A DNA stretch of 64,000 nt from Patescibacteria group bacterium (GCA_052033715.1 JBPOJJ010000001.1:1331-65330), one strand, 5' to 3'; shown: positions 37,880 to 47,532, counted from the first letter of the stretch. A program made the numbers and translations. Notes: generated by a model from the letters alone, not told the origin.

Positions 37880-38863
37880 ATGATGGAGATACGCAAATTT
37901 CAAGAACAATTTAATGTTTTTTTTCGCAGAAAAATAAAGACGCTAATTATCAGGGCTCAAAAAATCAGTCACGGAAAAGAATTTAACCAGATTATTGCTC
38001 ATATAGAAAACCTGGCCCAAAACGGCAAGCGTCTTAGACCGTATATTATAAATCTTGCTTACAACCCAAAAAAATTCAACAAAGAACTACTGGATCAAAT
38101 GGTCGGTATCGAATTACTACATATTTTTGCCTTGATTCATGACGACATAATGGATGGATCAAGTATACGTCATGGAGTTAGGACTATAAACACCATAGAC
38201 GAAAATTCTGAGCTTTCTAAAAGCTATGCCATGCTTGCCGGAGATATGGTTTTTAATTGGGCATATGAATCGTTCCTAGAAAACAACAACAATCGTACTT
38301 CTATTCAATTATTCAAAACCCTCGTAGAAGAAGTCATCATTGGGCAAGCAATCGACGCCACACTTCCACATAGAAAATTCGTCACGAAGGAAGAGCTCCA
38401 AGAAAAAAACATACTCAAAACAGCTCGATATACTTTCAGACGCCCGCTTGAAATCGGTCTTGCTCTTCGTACTCAGAAATTAGATAAAAATACGGGGAAA
38501 ATTTATAGCCAACTTGGTGAAAATCTTGGTATTGTTTTTCAAATTGACGACGACCTGCTCGATATTTTTGGAGATGAGAAAAAGCTAAACAAAAAAACTT
38601 TTCAAGACATTGAATCAAAACAAGCAACTCTAATTTCTTTTTATCTAAAAGATAACAAAGCCTTCAAGAGGTATTTCGGGAAAAAATTAAATGAGGAAGA
38701 AAAGGCGGGGCTTAGAGAGCTTGTCAAAAAATCAGGCACGCTAGAAAAAATAGAGTCCGAAAGAAAAGATCTTATAAACAAAACAGAAAAGTTAATATTA
38801 AAGCTCGAGGATAAAGAAGCCTGGCTAGAGTTTTCACATAAAATAACAAACAGAGATAAGTAA
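37880..38863 (+). CDS. crtE: Polyprenyl (geranylgeranyl) diphosphate synthase
   Basis: GKRLRP, ALIHDDIMD, GQAID, KTARY, FQIDDDLLD; adjacent to crtB and crtI. Confidence 0.85.
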   Translation: MMEIRKFQEQFNVFFRRKIKTLIIRAQKISHGKEFNQIIAHIENLAQNGKRLRPYIINLAYNPKKFNKELLDQMVGIELLHIFALIHDDIMDGSSIRHGVRTINTIDENSELSKSYAMLAGDMVFNWAYESFLENNNNRTSIQLFKTLVEEVIIGQAIDATLPHRKFVTKEELQEKNILKTARYTFRRPLEIGLALRTQKLDKNTGKIYSQLGENLGIVFQIDDDLLDIFGDEKKLNKKTFQDIESKQATLISFYLKDNKAFKRYFGKKLNEEEKAGLRELVKKSGTLEKIESERKDLINKTEKLILKLEDKEAWLEFSHKITNRDK

Positions 38864-38864
38864 A

Positions 38865-39707
38865 ATGAACGACTGGCAGTATTGTAAAAAAGTAATGAAG
38901 AAACATGGTGGCAAGTATTATATTGCTACGCGTTTTTTCCCTAGAAAAGCGCGATTTGCTACATATGCCTTGTATGCCTGGGTCAGAAAATTAGACGATA
39001 TTGTCGACGAAACTAAAAACGAAACAAAGGCGAGAGAAGATTTCGAATCTTGGGTTAGCGACTGGAGAAAAGTAGAAGGAGGAGAATTTTCAGAAAGGCC
39101 AGAGATGCGAACCTTCATAAAAGTTGTAAAAAAATTTAATCTTAAGCAGAAGTACTTAGAAAGCTTTATAGATTCAATGCGGATGGATCTAGAAAAGAAA
39201 AAGTATGCAAATATAGAAGAGCTCGAAAATTATATGTACGGCTCGGCAACTGTTATAGGCTTGCTGATGATGCAAATCGTGGGAGACTTTAGAGAAGAAG
39301 CGGTTCCCCACGCCAAGGCAATGGCGGAAGCGATGCAGCTCACAAACTTTCTCCGCGATATAAAAGACGACTGTGATAAACGCGGTAGAATATACATGCC
39401 CCGTGAAGAACTTGGGGCGCACGACCTCAACACAGATGACGTAAAAAACCGTAGACTAAATATCTCTTTTATAAAATTCAAAATAGATCAGGCTCGAACA
39501 CTTTTCAAAGAAGCTGAAAAAGGAATTTATCTGCTTCCCAAAAAGGCTCAGTTCCCCGTCTTACTTTCAAGCAGGCTTTATAGTGAAATACTAAATGAAA
39601 TAAAGAAACAAGATTGTGACGTTTTCCGCAAAAGAGCAAAAACAAATGTTTGGCAAAAGATTTTTATTACTTTTAAAACATATTTATGGTACCGAAAAAA
39701 CATGTAG
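38865..39707 (+). CDS. crtB: Phytoene synthase
   Basis: ALYAWVRKLDDIVDE, MRMDL, QLTNFLRDIKDD..RGRIYMP. Confidence 0.92.
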   Translation: MNDWQYCKKVMKKHGGKYYIATRFFPRKARFATYALYAWVRKLDDIVDETKNETKAREDFESWVSDWRKVEGGEFSERPEMRTFIKVVKKFNLKQKYLESFIDSMRMDLEKKKYANIEELENYMYGSATVIGLLMMQIVGDFREEAVPHAKAMAEAMQLTNFLRDIKDDCDKRGRIYMPREELGAHDLNTDDVKNRRLNISFIKFKIDQARTLFKEAEKGIYLLPKKAQFPVLLSSRLYSEILNEIKKQDCDVFRKRAKTNVWQKIFITFKTYLWYRKNM

Positions 39708-41200
39708 TCATAATCGGTGGTGGAATCGGCGGACTTGGACTTGCGTGTCTGCTGGGCAAAAAGGGTTATGAGGTAAGTCTGTATGAGAAAAATTCAAAAG
39801 TCGGCGGACGAGCAAGCGTTTTTGAAAAAGACGGCTTTGTTTTCGACATGGGACCATCATGGTACTTGATGCCGGACGTATTTGAAGACTTCTTTAACCT
39901 TTTGGGTGAAGATATTCATCAGCACCTAAAACTTACCAAACTTTCACCTTCTTACAGGGTTTTCTTCCCTGACGATGAGAAATTTCCTGTTCTTGATATG
40001 TATTCAGATCTTTCGAAAGACCTTGAAACTTTTGAAAAACTAGAAGCTGGATCTGGAGAAAAAATCAAGAAATACCTAAAGATTTCTGGCGAGCAATACG
40101 AGCTGGCTAAAAACAAGTTTATGTACAGAAATTACAATTCTATTTTCGATTTCCTGCAAAAAGATTTCATGAAAGAGGGCCTGCGGATGAATCCTTTTCA
40201 AACCATGGAAAGCTATTTGAATAAGTGGTTCAAAGACGACAGACTTAAAAAGATTTTGGAGTACACGCTTGTTTTTCTGGGGTCGGCTCCAGACAAGACA
40301 CCAGCGCTATACAACATGATGAATTTCATCGACTTTGATATGGGTGTGTATTATCCAGACGGCGGGATCTACAAAGTCATTGAAGCTCTAGAAAATATCG
40401 CGAAAAAGCATGGTGTCAGAATCTACACCGACTCCCCTGTCTCTGAAATAATAGTAGAAGAAGAGACTGCCGTTGGAGTCAAACTTTCAAATGGTGAGGT
40501 TATAAAATCAGATCATGTGGTTTCAAATGCCGATATGAACTTCACAGAGATGAATTTAATAAAAGAAGACAGCCTACGAACGTATAAGAAAAAATATTGG
40601 GACAAAGCAGTAATGGGACCTTCAGCATTTATTCTATTCCTTGGACTTTCTCGAAAGATAGACACTCTGACCCACCACAACCTTCGCTTCTCCAAAGACT
40701 GGAAGAAGAATTTCCAAGAAGTCTTCGACAACCCCAAATTCCCTGATGATCCTTCATACTACGTTTCTTGTCCATCAAAAACAGACTCGACTGTAGCGCC
40801 CGCAGGTAAAGAAACTTTGTTCGTGCTCGTACCTGTTGCGTCACATCTTTCTTTTACCGAAGCCCAGAAAAAAGAATATCGCGACAAAATCATAAACATG
40901 ATGAAAAAAGATTTAGATATTCCTGACTTAGAAGAAATTATCGAACACGAATCGATGTATACTCACGAAGAGTTCAAAACCGACTACAACGCATTCGGCG
41001 GGACAGCTCTCGGGCTTGCTCACACCCTGAAACAAACATTAATGCGACCAAACAACAAGAGCAAGAAAATTAAGAATTTCCTTTACGTCGGCGCCGGAAC
41101 AAACCCGGGTATCGGTATGCCAATATGTCTCATCTCGTCAGAATTGGCCTATAAACGCATTGAGGGGATAAAGCACCCAAATCCACTAAAAAATCTCTAA
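39686..41200 (+). CDS. crtI: Phytoene desaturase (CrtI family)
   Basis: IGGGIGG, GFVFDMGPSW, YPDGG, VVSNAD, VGAGTNPGIGMP. Confidence 0.92.
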   Translation: MVPKKHVVIIGGGIGGLGLACLLGKKGYEVSLYEKNSKVGGRASVFEKDGFVFDMGPSWYLMPDVFEDFFNLLGEDIHQHLKLTKLSPSYRVFFPDDEKFPVLDMYSDLSKDLETFEKLEAGSGEKIKKYLKISGEQYELAKNKFMYRNYNSIFDFLQKDFMKEGLRMNPFQTMESYLNKWFKDDRLKKILEYTLVFLGSAPDKTPALYNMMNFIDFDMGVYYPDGGIYKVIEALENIAKKHGVRIYTDSPVSEIIVEEETAVGVKLSNGEVIKSDHVVSNADMNFTEMNLIKEDSLRTYKKKYWDKAVMGPSAFILFLGLSRKIDTLTHHNLRFSKDWKKNFQEVFDNPKFPDDPSYYVSCPSKTDSTVAPAGKETLFVLVPVASHLSFTEAQKKEYRDKIINMMKKDLDIPDLEEIIEHESMYTHEEFKTDYNAFGGTALGLAHTLKQTLMRPNNKSKKIKNFLYVGAGTNPGIGMPICLISSELAYKRIEGIKHPNPLKNL

Positions 41201-42042
41201 CCAAACTTCGTTACCATATAAATAATTGACCAGATCATCGGCGTTACGAAATTCACCCATGGGAAATATGTATAGATTTTGAAAAGTTTATTGTCGTCCT
41301 GCGTCCGCAAAGAAATAACCATCAAGAATACGTAGACCAAAACGGCAATAAACGGAAATTTTCCAATAAGCGTTGAAAAAAGAATTGCTGAAGCCACATA
41401 GAAAACCAGACACAAAACTATGGTTTTATTTCGTCCCAGCCACGTCGCGATTGTTCGAAACCCAGCATCCGTATCTGCTTTTATATCCGGCACAGCCGAG
41501 TACGCGTGCATCGCCATCGCCCAGAGCATTCCAGCGATAAATCCAACCAGCGGGAAGCCTTCCCCGCCCGCCAGAAAATATCCGAAAACTCCAGTGAATA
41601 TATAATGCCCAGCAGAAAAAAGAGAATCAAAAAACGGACGGATTTTTGCTCTGATAGGTGTCGCAGAATAAAAGCTCGCGAAGAAATAAAAGACGAGAAG
41701 ATAAATACCGGTCCTGTGGTTTATCATAAAAGCGTAAATTAAAAATGGAATATTCGTCGAGAGAATCCAAACCCAAACAGCTTTATGCTTTTCTGGTACA
41801 AGTAAAGCTTCATATTCTACTTTTTTAGGATTGAGCTTATCTGTCTCGTAGTCAAAAATATCGTTAATACCGTAAATCAAAATATTCGCCGGAATCAAAA
41901 AGAAAAATCCGAAAATCAAAATCTCTGGCAAAAGCAGATTCTTCAGTGAATTCGTAGCGACAAGGACTCCAATAAAGTACGTCCCCATTTCATAGAGCCA
42001 AAAACGAGGTCGAGATATACGCATAATTTCTTTTAAACTCAT
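41197..42042 (-). CDS. UbiA-family prenyltransferase, lycopene elongase (CrtEb/LyeJ)-like
   Basis: SRPRFWLY, YGINDIFDYETD..NPKK, YSATPIRAK.RPF.DS, MHAYSAVPDI.AD; multi-TM; convergent with crtI. Confidence 0.8.
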   Translation of the reverse strand: MSLKEIMRISRPRFWLYEMGTYFIGVLVATNSLKNLLLPEILIFGFFFLIPANILIYGINDIFDYETDKLNPKKVEYEALLVPEKHKAVWVWILSTNIPFLIYAFMINHRTGIYLLVFYFFASFYSATPIRAKIRPFFDSLFSAGHYIFTGVFGYFLAGGEGFPLVGFIAGMLWAMAMHAYSAVPDIKADTDAGFRTIATWLGRNKTIVLCLVFYVASAILFSTLIGKFPFIAVLVYVFLMVISLRTQDDNKLFKIYTYFPWVNFVTPMIWSIIYMVTKFG

Positions 42043-42147
42043 TGGGTGATTATAGCAAAATAGAAGTAGAAACAATTTACATTAAACAAAAAGGCCCCGT
42101 GGTGGTCGGGGTCTTCTCTGTAATCCGAATTAATCGGAAGGGGTGCA

Positions 42148-42450
42148 TCAAGCAAGCCAAGGCTTGCCTCGCAAAAGAAAGTAAATGGTACGAAGCTTAT
42201 TGGCTTCGTCGTTCAATCGTCCATAGGTGGTCTCAATCACATATCCAGCGGGAATAGTCCCGCTCAGTGCAATTTTGATCAACAATGGATGAGTCGAGTC
42301 GCTCGAGCACACACTGCTCAAGACTTTGACCTTTGACTGAACCATTTCCTTCTTCCTAGCGCCCCAGGCTTCTCGCCTGGTGCGTTTGTACTGCCCCCAA
42401 ACCTGCATTCGCAGATACAGGGAGCAAAGGTATGTTAGAAGGTGCTTCAT
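42148..42450 (-). CDS. Hypothetical protein (orphan cassette H)
   Basis: TTGACT-17-TAGTGT at 42472-42500; terminator 42084-42115. Confidence 0.55.
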   Translation of the reverse strand: MKHLLTYLCSLYLRMQVWGQYKRTRREAWGARKKEMVQSKVKVLSSVCSSDSTHPLLIKIALSGTIPAGYVIETTYGRLNDEANKLRTIYFLLRGKPWLA

Positions 42451-42573
42451 GACTGAATGTTTACTAATTCAACACTAGGACAAAATACACCGAAAGTCAA
42501 CACACCCACCAGCATTCATTGACTAAATATCTAAAATCGATAAACTTTATGTAAACCACCAAACCCTGGAACC

Positions 42574-43191
42574 ATGAACCTTGTGGAAACCGCAGATCTT
42601 TGGATCCTGATAAGGATACAAAGGTTCTCCGATTGGATCTACGATCTGATCAGCCTCGACAACTTCACTACCGCCAAAACATTATTGGTCGGCAGTGGTA
42701 TACTGCTATGCATCAGTAACCATCTCTTCTTTGGATCAACCAGTCTTTTGTTTATATTGAACAACCTGATCCTCCCCATCTACATATGCTCACGTTGGTG
42801 GATGACCTACAACCTGATAGAAATCAATACGGCTATACAATCACTAGATCCATACAGAAAATTGAGAAAAATCTGTCTGGTTTTGGTGGCAATTTCTGTT
42901 GTACTATTTCCAGGAAGCATCATTTCTTGGGCGCTGACCTGTTTCCTTGCGAGCCTATACTTCGCTTCGTGCAAAAAGCCTCCGAAGAAGAAGTCGAAGG
43001 CCAAGGAAGCTCTGGAGAAAGCCAAAGAAAGAGTGCAAGCACTTTTGCAACCCGCGCCACAGTTCACGATGAACGCACGAAGCCCCCGATGTTCGGGGGC
43101 TTCCGTTTTTCTAATATTTATTTTATCTATTCAATCTCTCCCCCGAAAGCCGTTTTCAATTCTTCGAATGCAGCTCTCATTGTTGTTTTGA
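42574..43191 (+). CDS. Membrane hypothetical protein (orphan cassette I); 3' end reads through its terminator
   Basis: About 4 TM segments; TTGACT-16-TAAACT at 42519-42546; leader AAACCACCAAACCCTGGAACC; terminator 43079-43110 lies inside the ORF. Confidence 0.6.
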   Translation: MNLVETADLWILIRIQRFSDWIYDLISLDNFTTAKTLLVGSGILLCISNHLFFGSTSLLFILNNLILPIYICSRWWMTYNLIEINTAIQSLDPYRKLRKICLVLVAISVVLFPGSIISWALTCFLASLYFASCKKPPKKKSKAKEALEKAKERVQALLQPAPQFTMNARSPRCSGASVFLIFILSIQSLPRKPFSILRMQLSLLF

Positions 43192-43858
43192 ATGAATTGA
43201 CCGCAGCGTCAACGGCGACTTTGCGAGCATTGGCCAGAGCTTGAATTTCGGTCTTGATCATTTCTGGTTTCGTCGTCTTGAAATTATCTCGAGCAGCTTT
43301 TACAGAAGCCAGAAATTCCGGCTTTGGATCTTTATCAACCGCACAGTCAGCTTTAGCTTTCTCGATTGCGTCTTCCATAGCAGTACGGAAGGCAGCGATG
43401 TTTGTATCAAGTGTTCCAAATCTTCCGTTTACGAGATTATCAACACCCTCGCGGAAAGTTTTAACCGCAGCGTCAATCGCTTCTCGGCGAACCTTCACGG
43501 CGTTGTTCAAAGTTGTTTCAAATTTGGTTACAGCAGCACGCTCAGCATCGGTATCAGCCTTGGCCATCAAAGCCTCGATTCGAGTATCGTGCTTTACATC
43601 GCGAGTTTGTCGATGATCTACACGAACTTCGTCTCGATGAATTCTTCGATCAGAAATTTTTCCAAATCGGACATCTTTTTTACCATCCCATCGGCCGTCT
43701 TTGTCGTTCATGTCAGAAGTTATTCGGGTGGCGATAGCGTCAATGTTCTGACAGAAGTCTACTCCACGAGAAAGTCTATCTTTTGGAGCAGCTAGAGCTG
43801 AAAGCGGCGAAACAAGGACCACAAGTCCGAGAGTAATTATTGTCTTAGATATTTTCAT
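43127..43858 (-). CDS. Secreted helical protein in ECF operon
   Basis: Signal peptide ending SALA; Ala/Lys-rich helical body; overlaps anti-sigma-like gene. Confidence 0.8.
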   Translation of the reverse strand: MKISKTIITLGLVVLVSPLSALAAPKDRLSRGVDFCQNIDAIATRITSDMNDKDGRWDGKKDVRFGKISDRRIHRDEVRVDHRQTRDVKHDTRIEALMAKADTDAERAAVTKFETTLNNAVKVRREAIDAAVKTFREGVDNLVNGRFGTLDTNIAAFRTAMEDAIEKAKADCAVDKDPKPEFLASVKAARDNFKTTKPEMIKTEIQALANARKVAVDAAVNSFKTTMRAAFEELKTAFGGEIE

Positions 43859-44315
43859 AGTTTGTTTGATTAAAGCTTATAAAGGCGTCGATTTGCGAAT
43901 TCATATAAGTTTCGTCTTCGGATTCAGAACTCGCAACCACGGCATCGGCCTCGGCATCAGCGAAGAAACTTGCCAGGATCTCATCGCCGGAACTATCTTT
44001 GTTTACCACAATTTCCGGAGAATTCTGGATCTTCGATTCTGTCGCACTTTTTGCTGAAGTGTCATCATTTATGACTAACGTTTCGGTCTTTGGCTTGCCC
44101 ACCGCAACAATCGCGACAATGGCGATCAAAGCGATCGGCACGCCTATTTTTAAAAATTTACTCATGCTGAAAGTTGTTAATTGATAATTCAACTTCTCCC
44201 CACTATTACGATTTGGAAGTTTGTTTGTGACATTTTCAAATACGGATCTAGAAGGCCGAACGGATTCGATCCGGCTTTTCAAAAACGCTTCGATTTTTTT
44301 ATCATCATCAACCAT
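43845..44315 (-). CDS. Putative anti-sigma factor (single TM)
   Basis: Overlaps ECF sigma stop; short cytoplasmic N-terminus, TM helix, acidic C-terminus. Confidence 0.65.
   Translation of the reverse strand: MVDDDKKIEAFLKSRIESVRPSRSVFENVTNKLPNRNSGEKLNYQLTTFSMSKFLKIGVPIALIAIVAIVAVGKPKTETLVINDDTSAKSATESKIQNSPEIVVNKDSSGDEILASFFADAEADAVVASSESEDETYMNSQIDAFISFNQTNYENI
44206..44232 (-). promoter_or_regulatory. Internal ECF-type promoter motif
   Basis: TGTCAC-16-CGTAA, same as the motif upstream of the sigma gene. Confidence 0.55.
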
Positions 44316-44826
44316 ATATATTTTTGTTTTCTAAATAAGCTTTCAACTTCTTGAGCGCTCGGGAATATATCTGTCTGGTATTGTCAGGGCTTTCGCCTAC
44401 TAGCTCGGCAATGTCTTTATAATCAAGTTCCGTGGCGATCCGAAGCATGACGATGTCTTGTTCTGTATCCGAAAGTGTCGCTAGAGCTTCCTCTACCACG
44501 AGCACGTCTTCGCTCGTTCGGAATTCTTCGAGAGGCGTGGGAATCTCTGACACCGCTTCGACACCAGATTCTTCGAGACTTATTTCTACACGTCTACCAT
44601 TCACCCGCCAGTGATCTATGAGCGTATTTCGGGCGATAGTAAAAAGTGACCTCGTGTTGTGCTCCATCTGCCGTTTACGGTAATCACTTTGGAGAAATTT
44701 CAGGAATACCGTTTGGACCAAATCGGTCGCTAGGTTATAGTCTCGAGTCCGGAACATGAAATATCGAAAAAGCGGAGTAAAAAGCTCGCGATACAGCTCG
44801 TCATGACTTTCGGAGGCAGAATTCAT
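44308..44826 (-). CDS. ECF RNA polymerase sigma factor
   Basis: DLVQTVFLK, LFTIARNTLIDHWR, LDYKDIAE...YSRALKKLK. Confidence 0.92.
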   Translation of the reverse strand: MNSASESHDELYRELFTPLFRYFMFRTRDYNLATDLVQTVFLKFLQSDYRKRQMEHNTRSLFTIARNTLIDHWRVNGRRVEISLEESGVEAVSEIPTPLEEFRTSEDVLVVEEALATLSDTEQDIVMLRIATELDYKDIAELVGESPDNTRQIYSRALKKLKAYLENKNIYG

Positions 44827-44840
44827 ACCCTCGCATTATA

Positions 44841-44867
44841 TAACGAAAAGGAGAGGTCCGTGTGACA
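44841..44867 (-). promoter_or_regulatory. Autoregulatory ECF-type promoter motif
   Basis: TGTCAC-16-CGTTA just upstream of the sigma start. Confidence 0.6.
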
Positions 44868-44902
44868 ACCTAACTTTAGCAGTTTTATGGTATAAAGTTT
44901 CT

Positions 44903-45436
44903 ATGCTTATAATAACTTTATACCTAGCTCCACCTATAATGGTGTTGCTTTACAAGATTCTAGAATATTGTGGTTTCTGGAATCATATTTCAGGCAGAGA
45001 CAATGCAATAAATACACTAAATAGATTGAAGACAGCGACTGGGTTTCCGGATTCTTTTATTTACAATAACGAAAAAGATCGTAAAGAATTTGATGCCTTG
45101 TTTACTAGGATAAAAAAGAAAACAAAAATCAAAAAAATCATCAAAGTTTTGGGTGCCGGAAACGAACCAAGTCTATTAACAACGGGAGGTAACCCTACTA
45201 GCTTGGGTCCTTTACCAGATGGGTGGAAGCAAGAAGAGCGCTTTTATTACTCTCAGAACCATCCAATCCTAATGGTTTTTGAGAAAGAGGGAAAAGGAGA
45301 TAAATGTTGCACTCTTGGCGAATTAGAAAAATGGATTGATGACGAAAGAAAAAATTGGGATTTTATACTGGGAACAATAATAGTAACTATATTTACGATT
45401 GCATCGATTCTTTTAAGAATAGAATTGATTAATTAA
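44903..45436 (+). CDS. AT-rich hypothetical membrane protein next to tRNA-Glu 3' end
   Basis: 177-aa ORF with hydrophobic N- and C-terminal segments. Confidence 0.65.
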   Translation: MLIITLYLAPPIMVLLYKILEYCGFWNHISGRDNAINTLNRLKTATGFPDSFIYNNEKDRKEFDALFTRIKKKTKIKKIIKVLGAGNEPSLLTTGGNPTSLGPLPDGWKQEERFYYSQNHPILMVFEKEGKGDKCCTLGELEKWIDDERKNWDFILGTIIVTIFTIASILLRIELIN

Positions 45437-45448
45437 TTAATTGATCTG

Positions 45449-45520
45449 TGACCTCACGGAGAATCGAACTCCGATTAACGGATTGAAAACCCGCTGTCCT
45501 AACCGTTAGACGATGAGGCC
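45449..45520 (-). tRNA. tRNA-Glu (TTC)
   Basis: GGCCTCATCGTCTAACGGTTAGGAC...TTTTCAA loop...GTTCGATTC...TGAGGTCA cloverleaf. Confidence 0.95.
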
Positions 45521-45637
45521 CTTCGACATGACTTAAGGCAAGCCAAAATCGGGATTAGTATAACATTTTTATCTATTTTGGCAATAAAAGAGCCCGCCCC
45601 GATTTCTTCGGGGCGGGTTGTGGTGATGGGAGCCGGC

Positions 45638-46147
45638 CTAGGCAAAACCGATGTCGGATAGTCTTCCTAGGCTTGGGTAGGTCAAAGCGCACGAACGACG
45701 AACGGATTCGATGGTGTCGAGGGTCTCTTGTTGGATCTCGGCCAAGTACCTATCTCGGCCTTCTAGTAAGTAGCCCGCTAACACCTCGGTATCCATGACA
45801 AGTAATGCGTGTCTTCTGAGGAGAGTGAATGGAGCGACATGCTCCACGTAGACCCCAGAACCGCGTAAGGCCTCGCGAATTGACACGGAAAAGTCACTTA
45901 CCATAGAGTGCGCAATAGCAACAAACATGTGTTGCAGAGCACCACTCAAAAAGGCATTCGCCGTTCCGCCAACGATGTTGTCTAGATCCTTCTTGCTTCG
46001 CTTGCGCGAAAGTAGCAGAGCGGAAAATTGACCACTCTGAAACAAATCGAAATCGTGGCGAGGAACGAATACCGCTTGGTGAGAATTCTTGACCTCACCT
46101 CTCAGTCTCTCGTCCCCGATCGTGCTTATGACGACGTGCTTTCTCAT
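45638..46147 (-). CDS. Hypothetical protein (orphan cassette J)
   Basis: TTGATT-17-TACAAT at 46174-46202; leader GAACCAACACCGACAGACCC; terminator 45586-45619. Confidence 0.7.
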   Translation of the reverse strand: MRKHVVISTIGDERLRGEVKNSHQAVFVPRHDFDLFQSGQFSALLLSRKRSKKDLDNIVGGTANAFLSGALQHMFVAIAHSMVSDFSVSIREALRGSGVYVEHVAPFTLLRRHALLVMDTEVLAGYLLEGRDRYLAEIQQETLDTIESVRRSCALTYPSLGRLSDIGFA

Positions 46148-46231
46148 GGGTCTGTCGGTGTTGGTTCAAATAAATTGTATTCCTAAACCCGACTTGAATC
46201 AAGGCCTGTTTTATTGTATCCTGTTGTTCAT

Positions 46232-46304
46232 GCGCGGTTAGCTCAGTTGGTAGAGCGACCCCTTGACGTGGGGTAGGTCACAGGTTCGAATCCTGTATCG
46301 CGCA
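46232..46304 (+). tRNA. tRNA-Val (GAC)
   Basis: GCGCGGTTAGCTCAGTTGGTAGAGC...ACCCC-TTGACGT-GGGGT...GGTTCGAATCC. Confidence 0.96.
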
Positions 46305-46307
46305 CAA

Positions 46308-47483
46308 ATGAAAATCCTTTCCATCGAAACGTCCTGCGACGAAACAGCTATCTCAATATTAGAAATTACAGGAGACAAAACGTCACCTTATATTCGTATA
46401 CTTTCCAACGTCCTGCGTTCTCAAATCGAACTTCACCAAGAATTCGGCGGAGTCTATCCGAACCTAGCCAAACGCGAACACGCCAAGAACTTACCGCCCA
46501 TACTTTTGGAAAATCTCAAGTCTGCAAATCTATTAAAAGAAATTTCTTCGAGTCTTTCAGAAGAACAGAAAGATACTTTAAAAGAAACGCTCTCTCACGA
46601 ACCCGGACTCGCTGATGAAATTATAAAAATTGCTGAGTCGGTAGAAAAGCCAGACATCGATTACATCGCCGTCACCACTGGCCCGGGACTCGAGCCGGCA
46701 CTTTGGGTTGGAATCAATTTTGCGAGAGCGCTAAACGCAATTTGGAATATCCCGATCGTGCCAGTCAATCACATGGAGGGACACGTTCTCTCGGTACTCA
46801 TCGATTCGAAGAAAACCGAAATGCAGGAAATACAGCTGTCAGATTTCGAATTTCCTGCGCTCGCTCTCCTTATCTCGGGCGGGCATACGGAACTCGTGCT
46901 TATACAAAATTGGTTGCAATATGAAAAAATCGGCGCCACACGTGACGATGCTGTCGGCGAAGCCTTTGATAAAACTGCACGTTTACTTGGAATCCCCTAT
47001 CCTGGCGGACCGGAAGTTTCGAGGCTGGCTCAAAGCGGGGTGAAGCGCGACGACATCAAACTACCGCGTCCAATGATCGGAACCGACGACTATGAATTTT
47101 CTTTTTCTGGAATCAAAACTTCCGTTTTGTATCTAGTTCAAAAATTAGGAGAGCTTGATGACCAGACCAAGTGCGACATCGCACGAGAATTCGAAGAAGC
47201 CGTGACGGAAGTTTTGGTAAGTAAAACAAGAAAGGCCATCGAAGAATTTGGGATAAAAAATCTCATCGTAGGCGGCGGTGTATCGGCCAATACTCACATC
47301 AAAAGTGAAATGAAAAAAATGTTAGAAGAAAACAATTTCGGTGTGAATCTATACGTACCTGATTCACATCTTTCGACTGACAATTCTGTCATGATCGGTA
47401 TTGCCGGGATGTTTCAAATAAATTCGGGCGCTCCTCTCCCCGACCCGCAATCTCTAAAAGCCGATTCAAATTTGAGTTTGTAA
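46308..47483 (+). CDS. tsaD: tRNA threonylcarbamoyltransferase TsaD
   Basis: IETSCDET, GGVYP..AKREH, GPGL, NHMEGH, SGGHT, DDAVGEAFDK, TDNSVM. Confidence 0.96.
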   Translation: MKILSIETSCDETAISILEITGDKTSPYIRILSNVLRSQIELHQEFGGVYPNLAKREHAKNLPPILLENLKSANLLKEISSSLSEEQKDTLKETLSHEPGLADEIIKIAESVEKPDIDYIAVTTGPGLEPALWVGINFARALNAIWNIPIVPVNHMEGHVLSVLIDSKKTEMQEIQLSDFEFPALALLISGGHTELVLIQNWLQYEKIGATRDDAVGEAFDKTARLLGIPYPGGPEVSRLAQSGVKRDDIKLPRPMIGTDDYEFSFSGIKTSVLYLVQKLGELDDQTKCDIAREFEEAVTEVLVSKTRKAIEEFGIKNLIVGGGVSANTHIKSEMKKMLEENNFGVNLYVPDSHLSTDNSVMIGIAGMFQINSGAPLPDPQSLKADSNLSL

Positions 47484-47532
47484 AAACAAGAACGCCCCGG
47501 CCTCAACAGCCGGGGCGTTCCACAAGAACACA

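Noticed and set aside
45520-45545. CCTTCGACATGACTTAAGGCAAGCC resembling a degenerate REP-type repeat
   Set aside because: Single, weakly palindromic copy; not supportable from this window.
46263-46307. ORF-track start of tsaD
   Set aside because: Lies inside tRNA-Val; the real start is ATG 46308.
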